Assembly: GCA_964607415.1 (NCBI GenBank)
Contig: CAZSKK010000001.1
Location: 333,469 to 397,468, forward strand
Length of the DNA: 64,000 bases
Source of the DNA: an uncultured Candidatus Saccharibacteria bacterium
Lineage (GTDB): Bacteria > Patescibacteriota > Dojkabacteria > J137
Direction: 5' to 3'
Under the pieces are notes generated by a model that did no database searches, was not told where the DNA came from, and saw only the letters and a list, made by a program, of their open reading frames with translations. This document shows positions 7,625 to 17,436 of this stretch, piece by piece. How positions within the stretch are numbered: the first letter of the stretch is position 1; the number at the start of each line of letters is the position of its first letter. A program made the translations under genes and the position numbers.

Positions 7625-9997
7625 CTATTCCCACTGCCAATTTTTTATTTCCGGCATGTCATCACCGTTTTCAATAATATAATTTCTATGATCCCTAAGT
7701 TTATTTTGCATCATGTAAATGATGTCGTTTTTAATTTCGGCAATCTTTGTATTTTGTTTACTAGCAGCTTCTACAGCCTCGATTACTACATGAAACCTTG
7801 ATGTACCGTTCAAAACTTGCATATCAAATGGCGTTGTTGTTGTACCTTCTTCAATATAGCCTATAACTTTCATTCTGTTTGCGATAGGGTGTCCCCAAGT
7901 TAAAAGTTTTATGGCTTCAGGATAGCCATGGAAATTAAATACAATAGGTTTGTCATTCGTAAAGAAAAAGCCCATATCAGTTTCAGAAATTGAAGTGTAC
8001 TTTTTGTCACCAAGCCCTATTCTGGATAATTCATTGACATTAACATATCTAACCTTTAGTTCCGGAACATATTTTTTTATCAATGTTATTGCGGCCAGTG
8101 TTTCTGTAGTTTGATAATCTCCACTCGAAGCCAAAACTACATCGGGATTGTCCACGTCTGTAGATGCCCAATCCCACACAGAAATTCCTCGTTTAACATG
8201 CTCTTTAGCTTCATCAATATTAAGCCACTGTGGCATTTCTCGTTTATCTGAAATTATTAAATTGACGGAGTTTTTAGATTTCAAACTCTCCTCCATTACA
8301 TACAAAAGCGTATTTGTATCCGAAGGAAAGTAAATGTTAACTGAATCCGAATACTTTGATAAAAGGGTATTTATTAACGCTGGGTTCTGATGTGTGAACC
8401 CATTATGTTCCTGTCTCCAAATGGTGCTTGTTGCAATATAATTCATTGACGGTAAGGGTTTTCGCCATGAAAACTTACTGGACTGCTTTATATATTTAAT
8501 ATATTGCTCTATTTGACTTGTTATTATGCTTAAAAATGCCTCATACGAAACCAAAACTCCATGTCTACCAGTCAAACTGTAACCTTGCATCCAGGATTGT
8601 AAGGTATGTTCACTAAGAATCTCCAAAATTAAACCTTTCTCGTTGATATGAGTATCAATTGATCTAACAGGCCAAATATATTTTCTAGATGTTACTTTAA
8701 ACAAAGCTTCTAGTTTATTTGATTCTGATTCGTCTGGCGAGAAAATTCTAAAATTTTTGCTTTCTTTATTTAAACTTATCAGATCTGAAAAATATTCACT
8801 TATTTCGGCCATCTCTGAAGATTTGTTTTTACCTCTTTGAGTCTCATCAAATTGTATTCCATGTTTTTTTAAATCTGGAAGAATCAAAGCTTTGCTAATT
8901 TCACCACCAAAAGCATGTTTATTCTTGCCCATTTTTCGCTCATCCTTTACAACTAGATGAAGTACTTCGTTTTTAGGAACTTTAGTGACAGGTTCCAAAA
9001 GTTCATCTATTCTATAACTTCTTAGCCATCTTTCTAAGGCCTTTAATTGTTGTGCATCGTTTTTAGGGTCTTTAATTGGAATTCCATGAGAATAATTAAA
9101 ATCTTCCAGCCTAAGCAAGCTTACTTCTTCAGGACACGTCCAACCTTTTTTGGTTTTTAGAATAATCACAGGCCACTTTGGTTTGTCAATTCCATAACTT
9201 GACCATTTAGATTTGATATCCTGAATTGAATGGAAAGATTTTATTAAAGCTTGTAAAAAATCAATGTAAATATCTATGGATGTATATTGATCTACCCATA
9301 AAGGTTCATAGCCTAAACCTTTAAAATAGTTTTCAAGTTCTTCATGAGACATTGTTCCCATTAAAGTAGGGCCCGAAATTCTGTAACTATTAAGATGAAG
9401 GATTGGCAAAACTGCTCCATCTGTTTGAGGATTTAAAAATTTGTTAAATTGCCAACTTGCTGCTAACGGGCCGGTTTCTGCTTCGCCATCACCTACCACA
9501 CAAGTAACAATCAAATCAGGATTATCTAAAGCAGCTCCAAATGCCAAACCTAAAGAGTAACCCAGTTCACCACCTTCGTGAATTGTGCCTGGAAGTCCTG
9601 GATAAGTATGACTTGGAAATCCATTTGGCCAGCTAAATTCTTTTATCAAATTTTCCATTCCTTCTTTAGAAAGTGTAAATCTAGGATAATATTCACCTAG
9701 AGTTTCTTCTAAAAGCAAGCTTGCAAGTACTGCAGGAGCCCCATGACCTGGTCCAATTATCGGCAAAATGTTAGCATTGTATCTGCTTATAAGATAATTT
9801 AGCCCGCCGTAAACAAAATTTAATCCTGGAACTGTACCCCAATGTCCAAGAATTCTATCTTTTATGTGTTCGGGCTTCAGTTCATCTTCTAGAAAATAAT
9901 TATCTTTTAGATACAACATCGCAGAGCTTAAATAGTTTGTAAGCCTGTGATATTGTTTAAACCATTTAATTGTGTATTGAATATCAGAATCCAGCAT
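7625..9997 (-). CDS. xfp: Xylulose-5-phosphate / fructose-6-phosphate phosphoketolase
   Basis: 790 aa with the phosphoketolase signature GHWGTVPGLNFVYG...GPGHGAPA and a TPP-enzyme fold of the right length. Confidence 0.8.
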   Translation of the reverse strand: MLDSDIQYTIKWFKQYHRLTNYLSSAMLYLKDNYFLEDELKPEHIKDRILGHWGTVPGLNFVYGGLNYLISRYNANILPIIGPGHGAPAVLASLLLEETLGEYYPRFTLSKEGMENLIKEFSWPNGFPSHTYPGLPGTIHEGGELGYSLGLAFGAALDNPDLIVTCVVGDGEAETGPLAASWQFNKFLNPQTDGAVLPILHLNSYRISGPTLMGTMSHEELENYFKGLGYEPLWVDQYTSIDIYIDFLQALIKSFHSIQDIKSKWSSYGIDKPKWPVIILKTKKGWTCPEEVSLLRLEDFNYSHGIPIKDPKNDAQQLKALERWLRSYRIDELLEPVTKVPKNEVLHLVVKDERKMGKNKHAFGGEISKALILPDLKKHGIQFDETQRGKNKSSEMAEISEYFSDLISLNKESKNFRIFSPDESESNKLEALFKVTSRKYIWPVRSIDTHINEKGLILEILSEHTLQSWMQGYSLTGRHGVLVSYEAFLSIITSQIEQYIKYIKQSSKFSWRKPLPSMNYIATSTIWRQEHNGFTHQNPALINTLLSKYSDSVNIYFPSDTNTLLYVMEESLKSKNSVNLIISDKREMPQWLNIDEAKEHVKRGISVWDWASTDVDNPDVVLASSGDYQTTETLAAITLIKKYVPELKVRYVNVNELSRIGLGDKKYTSISETDMGFFFTNDKPIVFNFHGYPEAIKLLTWGHPIANRMKVIGYIEEGTTTTPFDMQVLNGTSRFHVVIEAVEAASKQNTKIAEIKNDIIYMMQNKLRDHRNYIIENGDDMPEIKNWQWE

Positions 9998-10055
9998 ATG
10001 CGAGTACTACACTCTAAAATAACATTATACACGCTTTAAATTAAGCTAGTTACTT

Positions 10056-11102
10056 TCACTTTACCACTTCTACCCATTTCTTCCAAACCAATTTTGGTGT
10101 TCCTTCATGATTTTTTAAGCCAATGGAATCAAACAACTCAAAACCTGTTGAAGCCGTACCATCAGACCACTGCACAACGTCGTTAACAAATATCCAATTT
10201 ATATATTCGAATTGATCAGGGGCCGATTTAAAGGTTAAAAGCCAATCTAAATATTGTACTTGCTCCTCTTCAGATCCAACAAAGCCTTGATTATTTAGAC
10301 TCTCAAGTTTTCCTCCGAATCTTGTTTTTGCAGGCCATCCTGTCTCTGTTATTGCAATTTTTGCCTCAGAATAATTTTTTAGCAGGTCAAAATAATCCGA
10401 CGGAATTTGATCGGGATTCTGATAATCAAAGTATGGATATGTTGTAATACCTATCAGATCTAATTTTTTAAATTTTGAAATTAATACAAATAAATCCGAT
10501 CTTTCATCTTTTTTACCCAAAAGGTATCCATCGCCTTTTAAATGTTCGTACTGAAAAACTGTATAAATTTTCACATCTGGAAAGCTTTCCTTTATTTCAG
10601 AATAAGCGTCGTTGTACAGATTAACAAAGCTATCAAATTGATTTGAATATTTCACATAAAGCATATCAACCTCATTGCCAATTGCAAAGTATTTAATGTT
10701 TTTATTTTGTGAAAGAAGTTGTTTAGATTTTGCTATGTACTGTTCTTTTGAATTTACCCATTCTGCTGGGTCCTGAATACCTAATACAAGTTCAATATCT
10801 TTATTAGTTTGCCTGCTTGCTGTGTCCAAAACTTTAGTATCCTTCCAATCAACATGAACCCCATAAACTTGAGTATAGCTTTTAATATCAGCCCAAAAAT
10901 TCTGAATTTCTGTCACATTTGAGTTTGGAAAGTTGGAAGGGGTATAGCCTGAAATTCCATATAATGGTTTTTCTTTTAATTCTTCAGCTGAATTTTCAAT
11001 TTTATTATTTTCTCGATTCGCTATAGCTAAAAGGAGTACAGAAAAAACTATCAGACAAGCAATAAGCAAAAGAAAGGCTATTAGAAATTTTTTTAATTTC
11101 AT
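10056..11102 (-). CDS. Secreted/membrane-anchored glycoside hydrolase, GH17-like (beta-1,3-glucanase-type TIM barrel)
   Basis: N-terminal signal/TM. Catalytic motifs FAIGNEVD (acid/base) and IAITETGWPAK (nucleophile) match GH17. Confidence 0.5.
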   Translation of the reverse strand: MKLKKFLIAFLLLIACLIVFSVLLLAIANRENNKIENSAEELKEKPLYGISGYTPSNFPNSNVTEIQNFWADIKSYTQVYGVHVDWKDTKVLDTASRQTNKDIELVLGIQDPAEWVNSKEQYIAKSKQLLSQNKNIKYFAIGNEVDMLYVKYSNQFDSFVNLYNDAYSEIKESFPDVKIYTVFQYEHLKGDGYLLGKKDERSDLFVLISKFKKLDLIGITTYPYFDYQNPDQIPSDYFDLLKNYSEAKIAITETGWPAKTRFGGKLESLNNQGFVGSEEEQVQYLDWLLTFKSAPDQFEYINWIFVNDVVQWSDGTASTGFELFDSIGLKNHEGTPKLVWKKWVEVVK

Positions 11103-11123
11103 GCATTAATTTATAACTTTAAA

Positions 11124-12266
11124 TTAAACTGCATTTGCAACTGCTTTAGCTACCCTTTTGTCGAATGGATCTGGAATAATTAGATCTTCTGTAGGGTTTT
11201 CAACTAGTGAAGCAATTGCTTTGGCAGCATTTAACTTTGTATCAGTAGTTACTTTTTTTAGGTTTTTATCCAGTAATCCTCTGAAAATTCCAGGAAAGCC
11301 TAGCACGTTATTTACCTGATTTGGATAATCGGACCTCCCTGTAGCAACAATTCTTGCACCTGCCTGCATAGCATCTTCCGGTAAAATTTCAGGATCCGGA
11401 TTTGCCATTGCAAAGATCACGGAATCTTTATTCATCTTTCTTACCATATCTTTGGTTAAGGCTCCTGCAACACTTAAACCTATAAAGATTTGAGCCTCTT
11501 TTATAGCATCTTCTAAAGTACCCGTAAGATTTTGTTTATTAGTAAAATTTAAAAGTAATTTTTTATATTTATTTAAATCGTTTCTATTCTTAGAAATAAT
11601 TCCAGTAGAATCACAAACTATCATGTTTGAAAATCCATAATCTCTTAGCAAGCTTGCTACAGCAGTTGCAGCAGCACCTGCGCCATTTATTACAACTCTG
11701 GAATTTTTCAAATCCTTACCTAGCACCTTAGCCGAATTAATAATTCCAGCTAAAACTACAATTGCAGTCCCATGCTGATCATCGTGAAAAACAGGAATAT
11801 CAAGAATTTCTTGTAATCTTTCTTCAATTTCAAAACACCTTGGTGCCGATATGTCTTCTAGATTTATTCCAGAAATAGACGGTGCTATATTGGTAATTGT
11901 GTTTATAATTTCTTCAGTATCTTGCGTTGCCAGCACAATAGGAATTGCATCAACACCACCAAATTCTTTTAATAAAAGGCATTTACCTTCCATAACAGGA
12001 AGCGCTGCTTCTGGACCAATATTTCCTAATCCTAGAACTGCTGATCCATCAGAAATTACTGCTACAAGATTTTTTCTCCAGGTTAGTTCTTTAACCCTTG
12101 ACTTATCAGCCTTAATTTCTAAACATGGTCCTGCAACTCCGGGACTATACGCCAATGATAATTCAATTTTATTGGTTACTTTAATTTTAGGTACAATCTG
12201 TAATTTTCCCCCATTATCCTTGTGCATTTTAATTGATTCGCTTTTATAATCCATATTTAGATGCAA
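11124..12266 (-). CDS. NAD(P)-dependent malic enzyme (small type)
   Basis: LAYSPGVAGPCLEI, SDGSAVLGLGNIGPEAALPVMEGKCLLLKEFGGVDA and the dinucleotide-binding motif VINGAGAAATAV. Confidence 0.8.
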   Translation of the reverse strand: MHLNMDYKSESIKMHKDNGGKLQIVPKIKVTNKIELSLAYSPGVAGPCLEIKADKSRVKELTWRKNLVAVISDGSAVLGLGNIGPEAALPVMEGKCLLLKEFGGVDAIPIVLATQDTEEIINTITNIAPSISGINLEDISAPRCFEIEERLQEILDIPVFHDDQHGTAIVVLAGIINSAKVLGKDLKNSRVVINGAGAAATAVASLLRDYGFSNMIVCDSTGIISKNRNDLNKYKKLLLNFTNKQNLTGTLEDAIKEAQIFIGLSVAGALTKDMVRKMNKDSVIFAMANPDPEILPEDAMQAGARIVATGRSDYPNQVNNVLGFPGIFRGLLDKNLKKVTTDTKLNAAKAIASLVENPTEDLIIPDPFDKRVAKAVANAV

Positions 12267-12672
12267 ACTTAAAAAGTAGTCTTATTTATTGAATAAGATT
12301 ATATGAAATATAGCATGGAATCAATAGTTGCCATTTTTTGTATTGAGGACAGAACACTAGAATTCAGTAAGAATATCACTAGCTTAATAAAGAAGTACAA
12401 TAAAGATCTTTTAAATTTAAAAATTAATGGCCTGCTAATTACTGTGAAGCCCCGAAACGCTAACTAAAAAAGAGATTAAATACAAAATAAAGCTTTGCAT
12501 GAAGGAAAGTAAAGAAACGTTTATTTGCAAGTATTCTACTAATCCGGAAGATTATCGACTACCAAAACTAAGCTACCCAGCTGCTAAAGATTTTTTTGCA
12601 TCAATTAGCTTGAAAGTTGATACATGAAGTTGTAATTAATTTTGAACCTGTTCTCTGTGTTATTTGGTATTT

Positions 12673-13701
12673 TCATACCCTAAGCTTTATCTCATTCAGA
12701 AACCTTTGCAACACCTCACTCACTTTCTCATCTGTATTTCCTCCCCCCGCATTTCTGTGCCCTCCTACCTTTACACCTATTGCTTTATAAATTTCCATAA
12801 TTTCTATTTTGCTCCCATTTTTAGTTCTCCAGCCAACTTTTGTTCCTCCATTTTTTTCATGCCATAAATCTATTGCGTAAGGAAAACCTTCAATTGTTCG
12901 CATAAATACTTGTTGATAATATTTATGTAAACCTCTTTCTTGCCAACCATTTCCAAACTGCTCAGCAAGAAACTTATCATCTTCTTCATCGATAACCAGA
13001 ACAGTTAATCCAAATTCAGGATAATATTTTGTTTTATTTATAGCCCAAACAGTAAAATCCATTGTTTCCTTGGATACTGTATATTCAACCGCTTTATCAT
13101 GGTCAACTCCTGCTGAATAAAGATCCGCTGCAAAAGTATAAGTTCCGGGATTTTTAATTGCATACATAAACCTTCCCGTATCGCCCATCAATGCCCAGTA
13201 AAGCCAAGTTGCAACATCACTATCCAATGCTGCTCCTGATGACTTAATGAACCATTCATAAAGAACTTTTGCTGTGCAACTATCATCTACTCTTAATGAA
13301 AAGTCCAAAAGATCTTTGGAAACATCACCTTCAGTATGGTGATCAATGTTTACAAACTTTTCTTTTGAAATATTTTGTACAAAGTCTTGCCAATTATCAC
13401 CTAGAAATTGTTTCCAATCTGATCCATCAAGTAATACTATACAATCAAAATCGTTAAAATCAACTTTATCAGGATACAAAAACTCTACCTTTTCAACATC
13501 TGGGAATTTATCTGCAAGTTCATTTCTCCAGTTAAAAGTTACAACTCTTGTATTCAATTTGCCAAGTTTATTAAGCCACCATTGTGTTGCTAAGGCTGTA
13601 CCCAAACAATCAAAATCTACAGGTCTTGACGCAACTATCAAAAAAGAATTTGACTCTTTTATTTTTTTTTGAATACTATCAGCTGCTTTGGTTGGATTCA
13701 T
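12673..13701 (-). CDS. DHH/DHHA1-family phosphoesterase (NrnA-like)
   Basis: NIDHHTEGD (DHH motif) and GGHRNAGGG (DHHA1 motif). Confidence 0.55.
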   Translation of the reverse strand: MNPTKAADSIQKKIKESNSFLIVASRPVDFDCLGTALATQWWLNKLGKLNTRVVTFNWRNELADKFPDVEKVEFLYPDKVDFNDFDCIVLLDGSDWKQFLGDNWQDFVQNISKEKFVNIDHHTEGDVSKDLLDFSLRVDDSCTAKVLYEWFIKSSGAALDSDVATWLYWALMGDTGRFMYAIKNPGTYTFAADLYSAGVDHDKAVEYTVSKETMDFTVWAINKTKYYPEFGLTVLVIDEEDDKFLAEQFGNGWQERGLHKYYQQVFMRTIEGFPYAIDLWHEKNGGTKVGWRTKNGSKIEIMEIYKAIGVKVGGHRNAGGGNTDEKVSEVLQRFLNEIKLRV

Positions 13702-13814
13702 TAATCTAAGGCTAGTAGGAATTTCAATAAAATATTTGTGGGTAGTAATATAGTAGTTACATATTGCAATACAATTGTATAAACTAATTTACAATGTATT
13801 ACTTCCTAATAATT

Positions 13815-14360
13815 CTATTTGACTTCTAAATCAATCGTTCTTTCAACCGTATTTGTATCAACAAAATATTGGGCTTTGACCTTATACGTACCTTTTTCTA
13901 AATTAACAATTAAATTGCTAGGATTAGATTTTGATACATCATATTCAATAAAAGTATCAACCGATCCTTTTGTTAGTGTCCAATAAATATCGAATTCTAA
14001 ACTTTCATCTCCTCCATAAGCTACTCCGTCGACAAATGGAATTGCTTTTAAATTAAAAGTGGTGATACCGCTTTGAATATATTCAATATCAACTCTATAC
14101 TCTTTATCTGCGCTTACTGTTACTTCACCTGTTGGTTTTCTGCTTGCGTAAAGGCCAATTCCAACTCCACCAATCATTATTGTTAATAAAGCGAAAACAG
14201 CCAACGGCTTTCCCAAGAACCCATATTTGGGCTGAGATAATCTTTGGATTTTTCTATTTTGCATAACTATAATTGCCGAAAATACAGCTATTACAAGAAC
14301 AGCCAATGTAAATATTGCGACATAAATTCCTAAATTTTCTGATATTGTCTTAGAGTCCAT
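13815..14360 (-). CDS. Hypothetical membrane protein (two TM helices plus an extracytoplasmic domain)
   Basis: ORF with hydrophobic helices; no recognisable motif. Confidence 0.4.
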   Translation of the reverse strand: MDSKTISENLGIYVAIFTLAVLVIAVFSAIIVMQNRKIQRLSQPKYGFLGKPLAVFALLTIMIGGVGIGLYASRKPTGEVTVSADKEYRVDIEYIQSGITTFNLKAIPFVDGVAYGGDESLEFDIYWTLTKGSVDTFIEYDVSKSNPSNLIVNLEKGTYKVKAQYFVDTNTVERTIDLEVK

Positions 14361-14420
14361 AAATATTTTTAATGTTTCTTTCAGATTGTACTACAAATTG
14401 TCAAAAAATTTCGGATTTTT

Positions 14421-15071
14421 TTACTTTAAAATTTGTAGCGAACCTATTAGATCAATAAACAACTTTGATTGGTTTCTGTTTTCTTGTTGATTAAACGATA
14501 AAATTCCCGAAGAAAGGCAAACATTATCTTCACTACAAATATGTATTTGTCGGTAAAAATCGTCTGGGCTTTCAATTGAAGCATCATTAATATTAACAGT
14601 GTTGTATTGTTCTAAAACTAAATTATAATCACCTTCTAAAAATTGTGTTTTTTTAGTTATAACTTCGCCTATAAACCCGCCCTTATATAAATATGCTCCT
14701 CCAATACTTAAAATGAATTCCACCTCTGAATTAGAAATATAATAAACTATACAAGATGAAGCTTGTGTGGAAGATTCACATTCAAAGAATTTGTCACTAA
14801 GAGTTTTCTGTGCTTTTGTAATTAGCCATGGATCAGTAATACTTATCTTTTTAGCTCCAAGTACTACACTTTTAGGATCTTCAAAAAAAATAACTTCTTT
14901 ATCTTCTACTGGCAAATCAAAAAAGTCATCATCATTTGTTTCATCACTTGAATTTTCATTATTATCCAAAATACCTGTAGCCAAAAATATTGTCATTAGG
15001 CCAATGGCTAGAAAAACGATTACAGTTAAAGCTAACCTACCGTAATCTTTTTTTTCAACTTTCTTTATCAT
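14421..15071 (-). CDS. Hypothetical N-terminally anchored exported protein
   Basis: N-terminal TM LALTVIVFLAIGLMTIFLATGIL; no recognisable motif. Confidence 0.4.
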   Translation of the reverse strand: MIKKVEKKDYGRLALTVIVFLAIGLMTIFLATGILDNNENSSDETNDDDFFDLPVEDKEVIFFEDPKSVVLGAKKISITDPWLITKAQKTLSDKFFECESSTQASSCIVYYISNSEVEFILSIGGAYLYKGGFIGEVITKKTQFLEGDYNLVLEQYNTVNINDASIESPDDFYRQIHICSEDNVCLSSGILSFNQQENRNQSKLFIDLIGSLQILK

Positions 15072-15130
15072 TTTTTGAAAAATTTAATTATGTTAATATA
15101 GTATAAGTAAATTAATTTTTGATGTAAACT

Positions 15131-15379
15131 ATGAATTTAAAAGTTGTAAGACAATTAGAAAAAAAGAAAGCCAAGTTGATGTTTATAGATTCTGAAGATA
15201 AAAAAAGAATTCAGAAACTGTGTGTAGAGCTTAACACTACTCCAATAGACGTAGTTTCTACGGCAACAAAACTACTAGAAAAATCATTAAATAAGAAAAT
15301 AATTTTAAGGGATGCGAAGACAAATACTGATTTAGAAATCGATATTTTTGAACATCTTAAAAAAAATTCCAATGAGTGA
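15131..15379 (+). CDS. Hypothetical small protein
   Basis: 82-aa ORF whose end overlaps the next ORF by 32 nt. Confidence 0.3.
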   Translation: MNLKVVRQLEKKKAKLMFIDSEDKKRIQKLCVELNTTPIDVVSTATKLLEKSLNKKIILRDAKTNTDLEIDIFEHLKKNSNE

Positions 15380-15836
15380 TAAGCAAAAACAAGAAAAGAT
15401 AATTTTTATCGACCCAAATGATTTAATTGGATTTGTTCAAGAAGGTACGGAAGATGACATTGATATGGATAATGCATCAGATGATTCTTCTTCGGAAAAG
15501 GGGATTATAAATACAACTACACTCTCAGATGACGATGATAATTTTTTAACTGAGGACGAGCTTACTGAACTTTTTGAAAAAAAATATTCAAAAGAGATTG
15601 ATGAAATTAAAATTTTAAAAAAACGAGAAAACACAAGAGGTGTATTAGCTGTTTTGTATACAATGCTTACTTTCTTAATATTTGGAATAGGCATGCTTGT
15701 TGCTACACTAGACGGGTTAAATCGCGACGTAAGTATAATTGATAATATGCAAGAAATTCTTCCTCTTTTGTCTGGCATCTTCTTAGGTTCTCTGGGTTTT
15801 GTACTGGGATATTATTTTAGAAAAGGTGATGAGTAA
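15348..15836 (+). CDS. Hypothetical acidic protein with C-terminal TM helices
   Basis: D/E/S-rich N-terminus and a hydrophobic C-terminus (LAVLYTMLTFLIFGIGMLVA). Confidence 0.35.
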   Translation: MNILKKIPMSDKQKQEKIIFIDPNDLIGFVQEGTEDDIDMDNASDDSSSEKGIINTTTLSDDDDNFLTEDELTELFEKKYSKEIDEIKILKKRENTRGVLAVLYTMLTFLIFGIGMLVATLDGLNRDVSIIDNMQEILPLLSGIFLGSLGFVLGYYFRKGDE

Positions 15837-15889
15837 CAACTTAACAATAAAGTTCAAGGCTCAGAAATCTCACGCATGTAGATTTAGCT

Positions 15890-16432
15890 ATGTTCGAAAT
15901 TAAAGAAGCAAATAGTGGTGATTTTGAACGTTTAAAACTTCTTATACTTGAGGCACTAAAAGAAGATCCCATCGCCTTTACTGTAACATTCGATGAGTAT
16001 AACCAAGGTAGTAATTCCTGGTGGCATTCTTTTTTAGATCCATACCTTTTACAAGATCATTCTAAATTATATATTGCAAAAAATAAAGATACAATTACTG
16101 GTATGATTGGAGTTCTTTTTTCAAGAAGAAGTAAACAAGAACATATTGCAACAATTGTTTGGTTTTATGTATCAAAAGAGTTCAGAGGAAATAAAGTTGG
16201 AAATGCATTATTTGAAAAATTACTAAATGATATAAGCGATATTAAGCGCATCAAAAAGATAACACTTAATGTAACAGCTACCCAGAAAGAGGCGCAAAAA
16301 ATTTATACAAAATATGGTTTTACTGTAGTTGGTGTTCTTAAAAATGACCTTCGCGAAAATGATACGTATCATGATATCGTTGTTATGGAAAAATATATAC
16401 GAAACCCTCACCCTAATGAGCAAAGCGAGTGA
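15890..16432 (+). CDS. GNAT-family N-acetyltransferase; the last ~8 codons are encoded by a GC-rich repeat
   Basis: FRGNKVGNALFEKLL and YTKYGFTVVG acetyl-CoA-binding motifs. Confidence 0.65.
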   Translation: MFEIKEANSGDFERLKLLILEALKEDPIAFTVTFDEYNQGSNSWWHSFLDPYLLQDHSKLYIAKNKDTITGMIGVLFSRRSKQEHIATIVWFYVSKEFRGNKVGNALFEKLLNDISDIKRIKKITLNVTATQKEAQKIYTKYGFTVVGVLKNDLRENDTYHDIVVMEKYIRNPHPNEQSE

Positions 16433-16475
16433 AGGGAGAGGGTGGCGAACGAACGTGAGCCGGGTGAGGGTGTTA
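16409..16475. repeat. GC-rich mosaic repeat bridging the GNAT stop and the ogg start
   Basis: cctcaccctaatgagcaaagcgagtgaagggagagggtggcgaacgaacgtgagccgggtgagggtg, with CCTCACCC...GGGTGAGG ends. Its modules match the reverse complement of the 3301..3420 element. Confidence 0.55.
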
Positions 16476-17344
16476 GGCCAAACAACTTAGCTCCTATGAA
16501 CAAAATATACTTACCAAACTACAATCTAAACACTACTTTGCTTGGTGGTCAATCATTTTCCTGGGAAGAAATTGATAAGTATTTTTACGGTTTTACACAA
16601 GATATGGTCATAAAATTAAAGCGTGAGAAAGACTTTTTATATTGGCAAACGTATCCTCAAAAAGATAATTTTGATTATTTAGCGACATATCTGCAAACTA
16701 ATTACGACTTTGAAACAAAAATAAAGCTGATTAATAAAGATAAACATATAAACTTAGCAATTGAGCAAAATAGAGGCTTAAGACTTTTAAAACAAGATTT
16801 TGAATTGACCACACTGTTTTTTATTTTATCTGCATTTAAAAATATTAAGGGGATACGGCATAGCGTAAAACTTTTATCAAAGCAACTTGGAGAAAAAGTC
16901 TTAGTTGATAATAAGGAATTTTATTTATTTCCTAAAACAGATACTATTGCAAATACTTCAGAACAAGAGCTTAAGAAATCGTCTATTGGCTACAGAGCCA
17001 AGTATTTAAAATTAACAAGTGAAATTCTTTTGAAAGAAAATATTTCTAGAAGTATTATTAATATGGATGAAACAGAGGCTAGAAAATTGCTGAAATCATT
17101 TCCAGGAATTGGAGATAAAGTTGCAGATTGTGTACTGACATTTGCTTTGGGATTTAGCACAACAACACCTTTAGATATCTGGGCAAAAAGAGTCTTAACT
17201 AACTTGTATGGACTTGATCCCAAAATGACTTACTTAGAGATGCGAGAATGGTTAAATAACTATTTTGAGGGCAACAGTGCACTTGCGGGTCAGTATTTGT
17301 TTGAGTATATTAGAAAACAAGGGAGATCAGTGTTGAAAAATTAA
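16442..17344 (+). CDS. ogg: 8-oxoguanine DNA glycosylase / AP lyase (OGG, HhH-GPD). The true start is probably the internal Met at 16496 (MNKIYLPNY), because the first 18 codons lie inside the GC-rich repeat
   Basis: OGG N-terminal domain (LGGQSFSWEE) and HhH-GPD (FPGIGDKVADCVLTFALG...TTPLDIWAKRV). Confidence 0.65.
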   Translation: MANEREPGEGVRPNNLAPMNKIYLPNYNLNTTLLGGQSFSWEEIDKYFYGFTQDMVIKLKREKDFLYWQTYPQKDNFDYLATYLQTNYDFETKIKLINKDKHINLAIEQNRGLRLLKQDFELTTLFFILSAFKNIKGIRHSVKLLSKQLGEKVLVDNKEFYLFPKTDTIANTSEQELKKSSIGYRAKYLKLTSEILLKENISRSIINMDETEARKLLKSFPGIGDKVADCVLTFALGFSTTTPLDIWAKRVLTNLYGLDPKMTYLEMREWLNNYFEGNSALAGQYLFEYIRKQGRSVLKN

Positions 17345-17436
17345 AAAGTTTAAATTTTTCAATTTTATAGCTTTAAAACTTTAAAAAAATCGTTAATCTA
17401 ATTTTTTGATTCTCTAATCTTTATTCGTTAATTTTC

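Noticed and set aside
12267-12672. The 400-bp intergenic region upstream of the malic enzyme gene contains small unlisted ORFs (a 54-aa one beginning MKYSMESIV... and a 43-aa one beginning MKESKETFI...). It was considered as a possible ncRNA locus.
   Set aside because: There is no conserved structure or motif recognisable by eye, and the ORFs are short and low complexity. It is left unannotated; RNA-seq would be needed.
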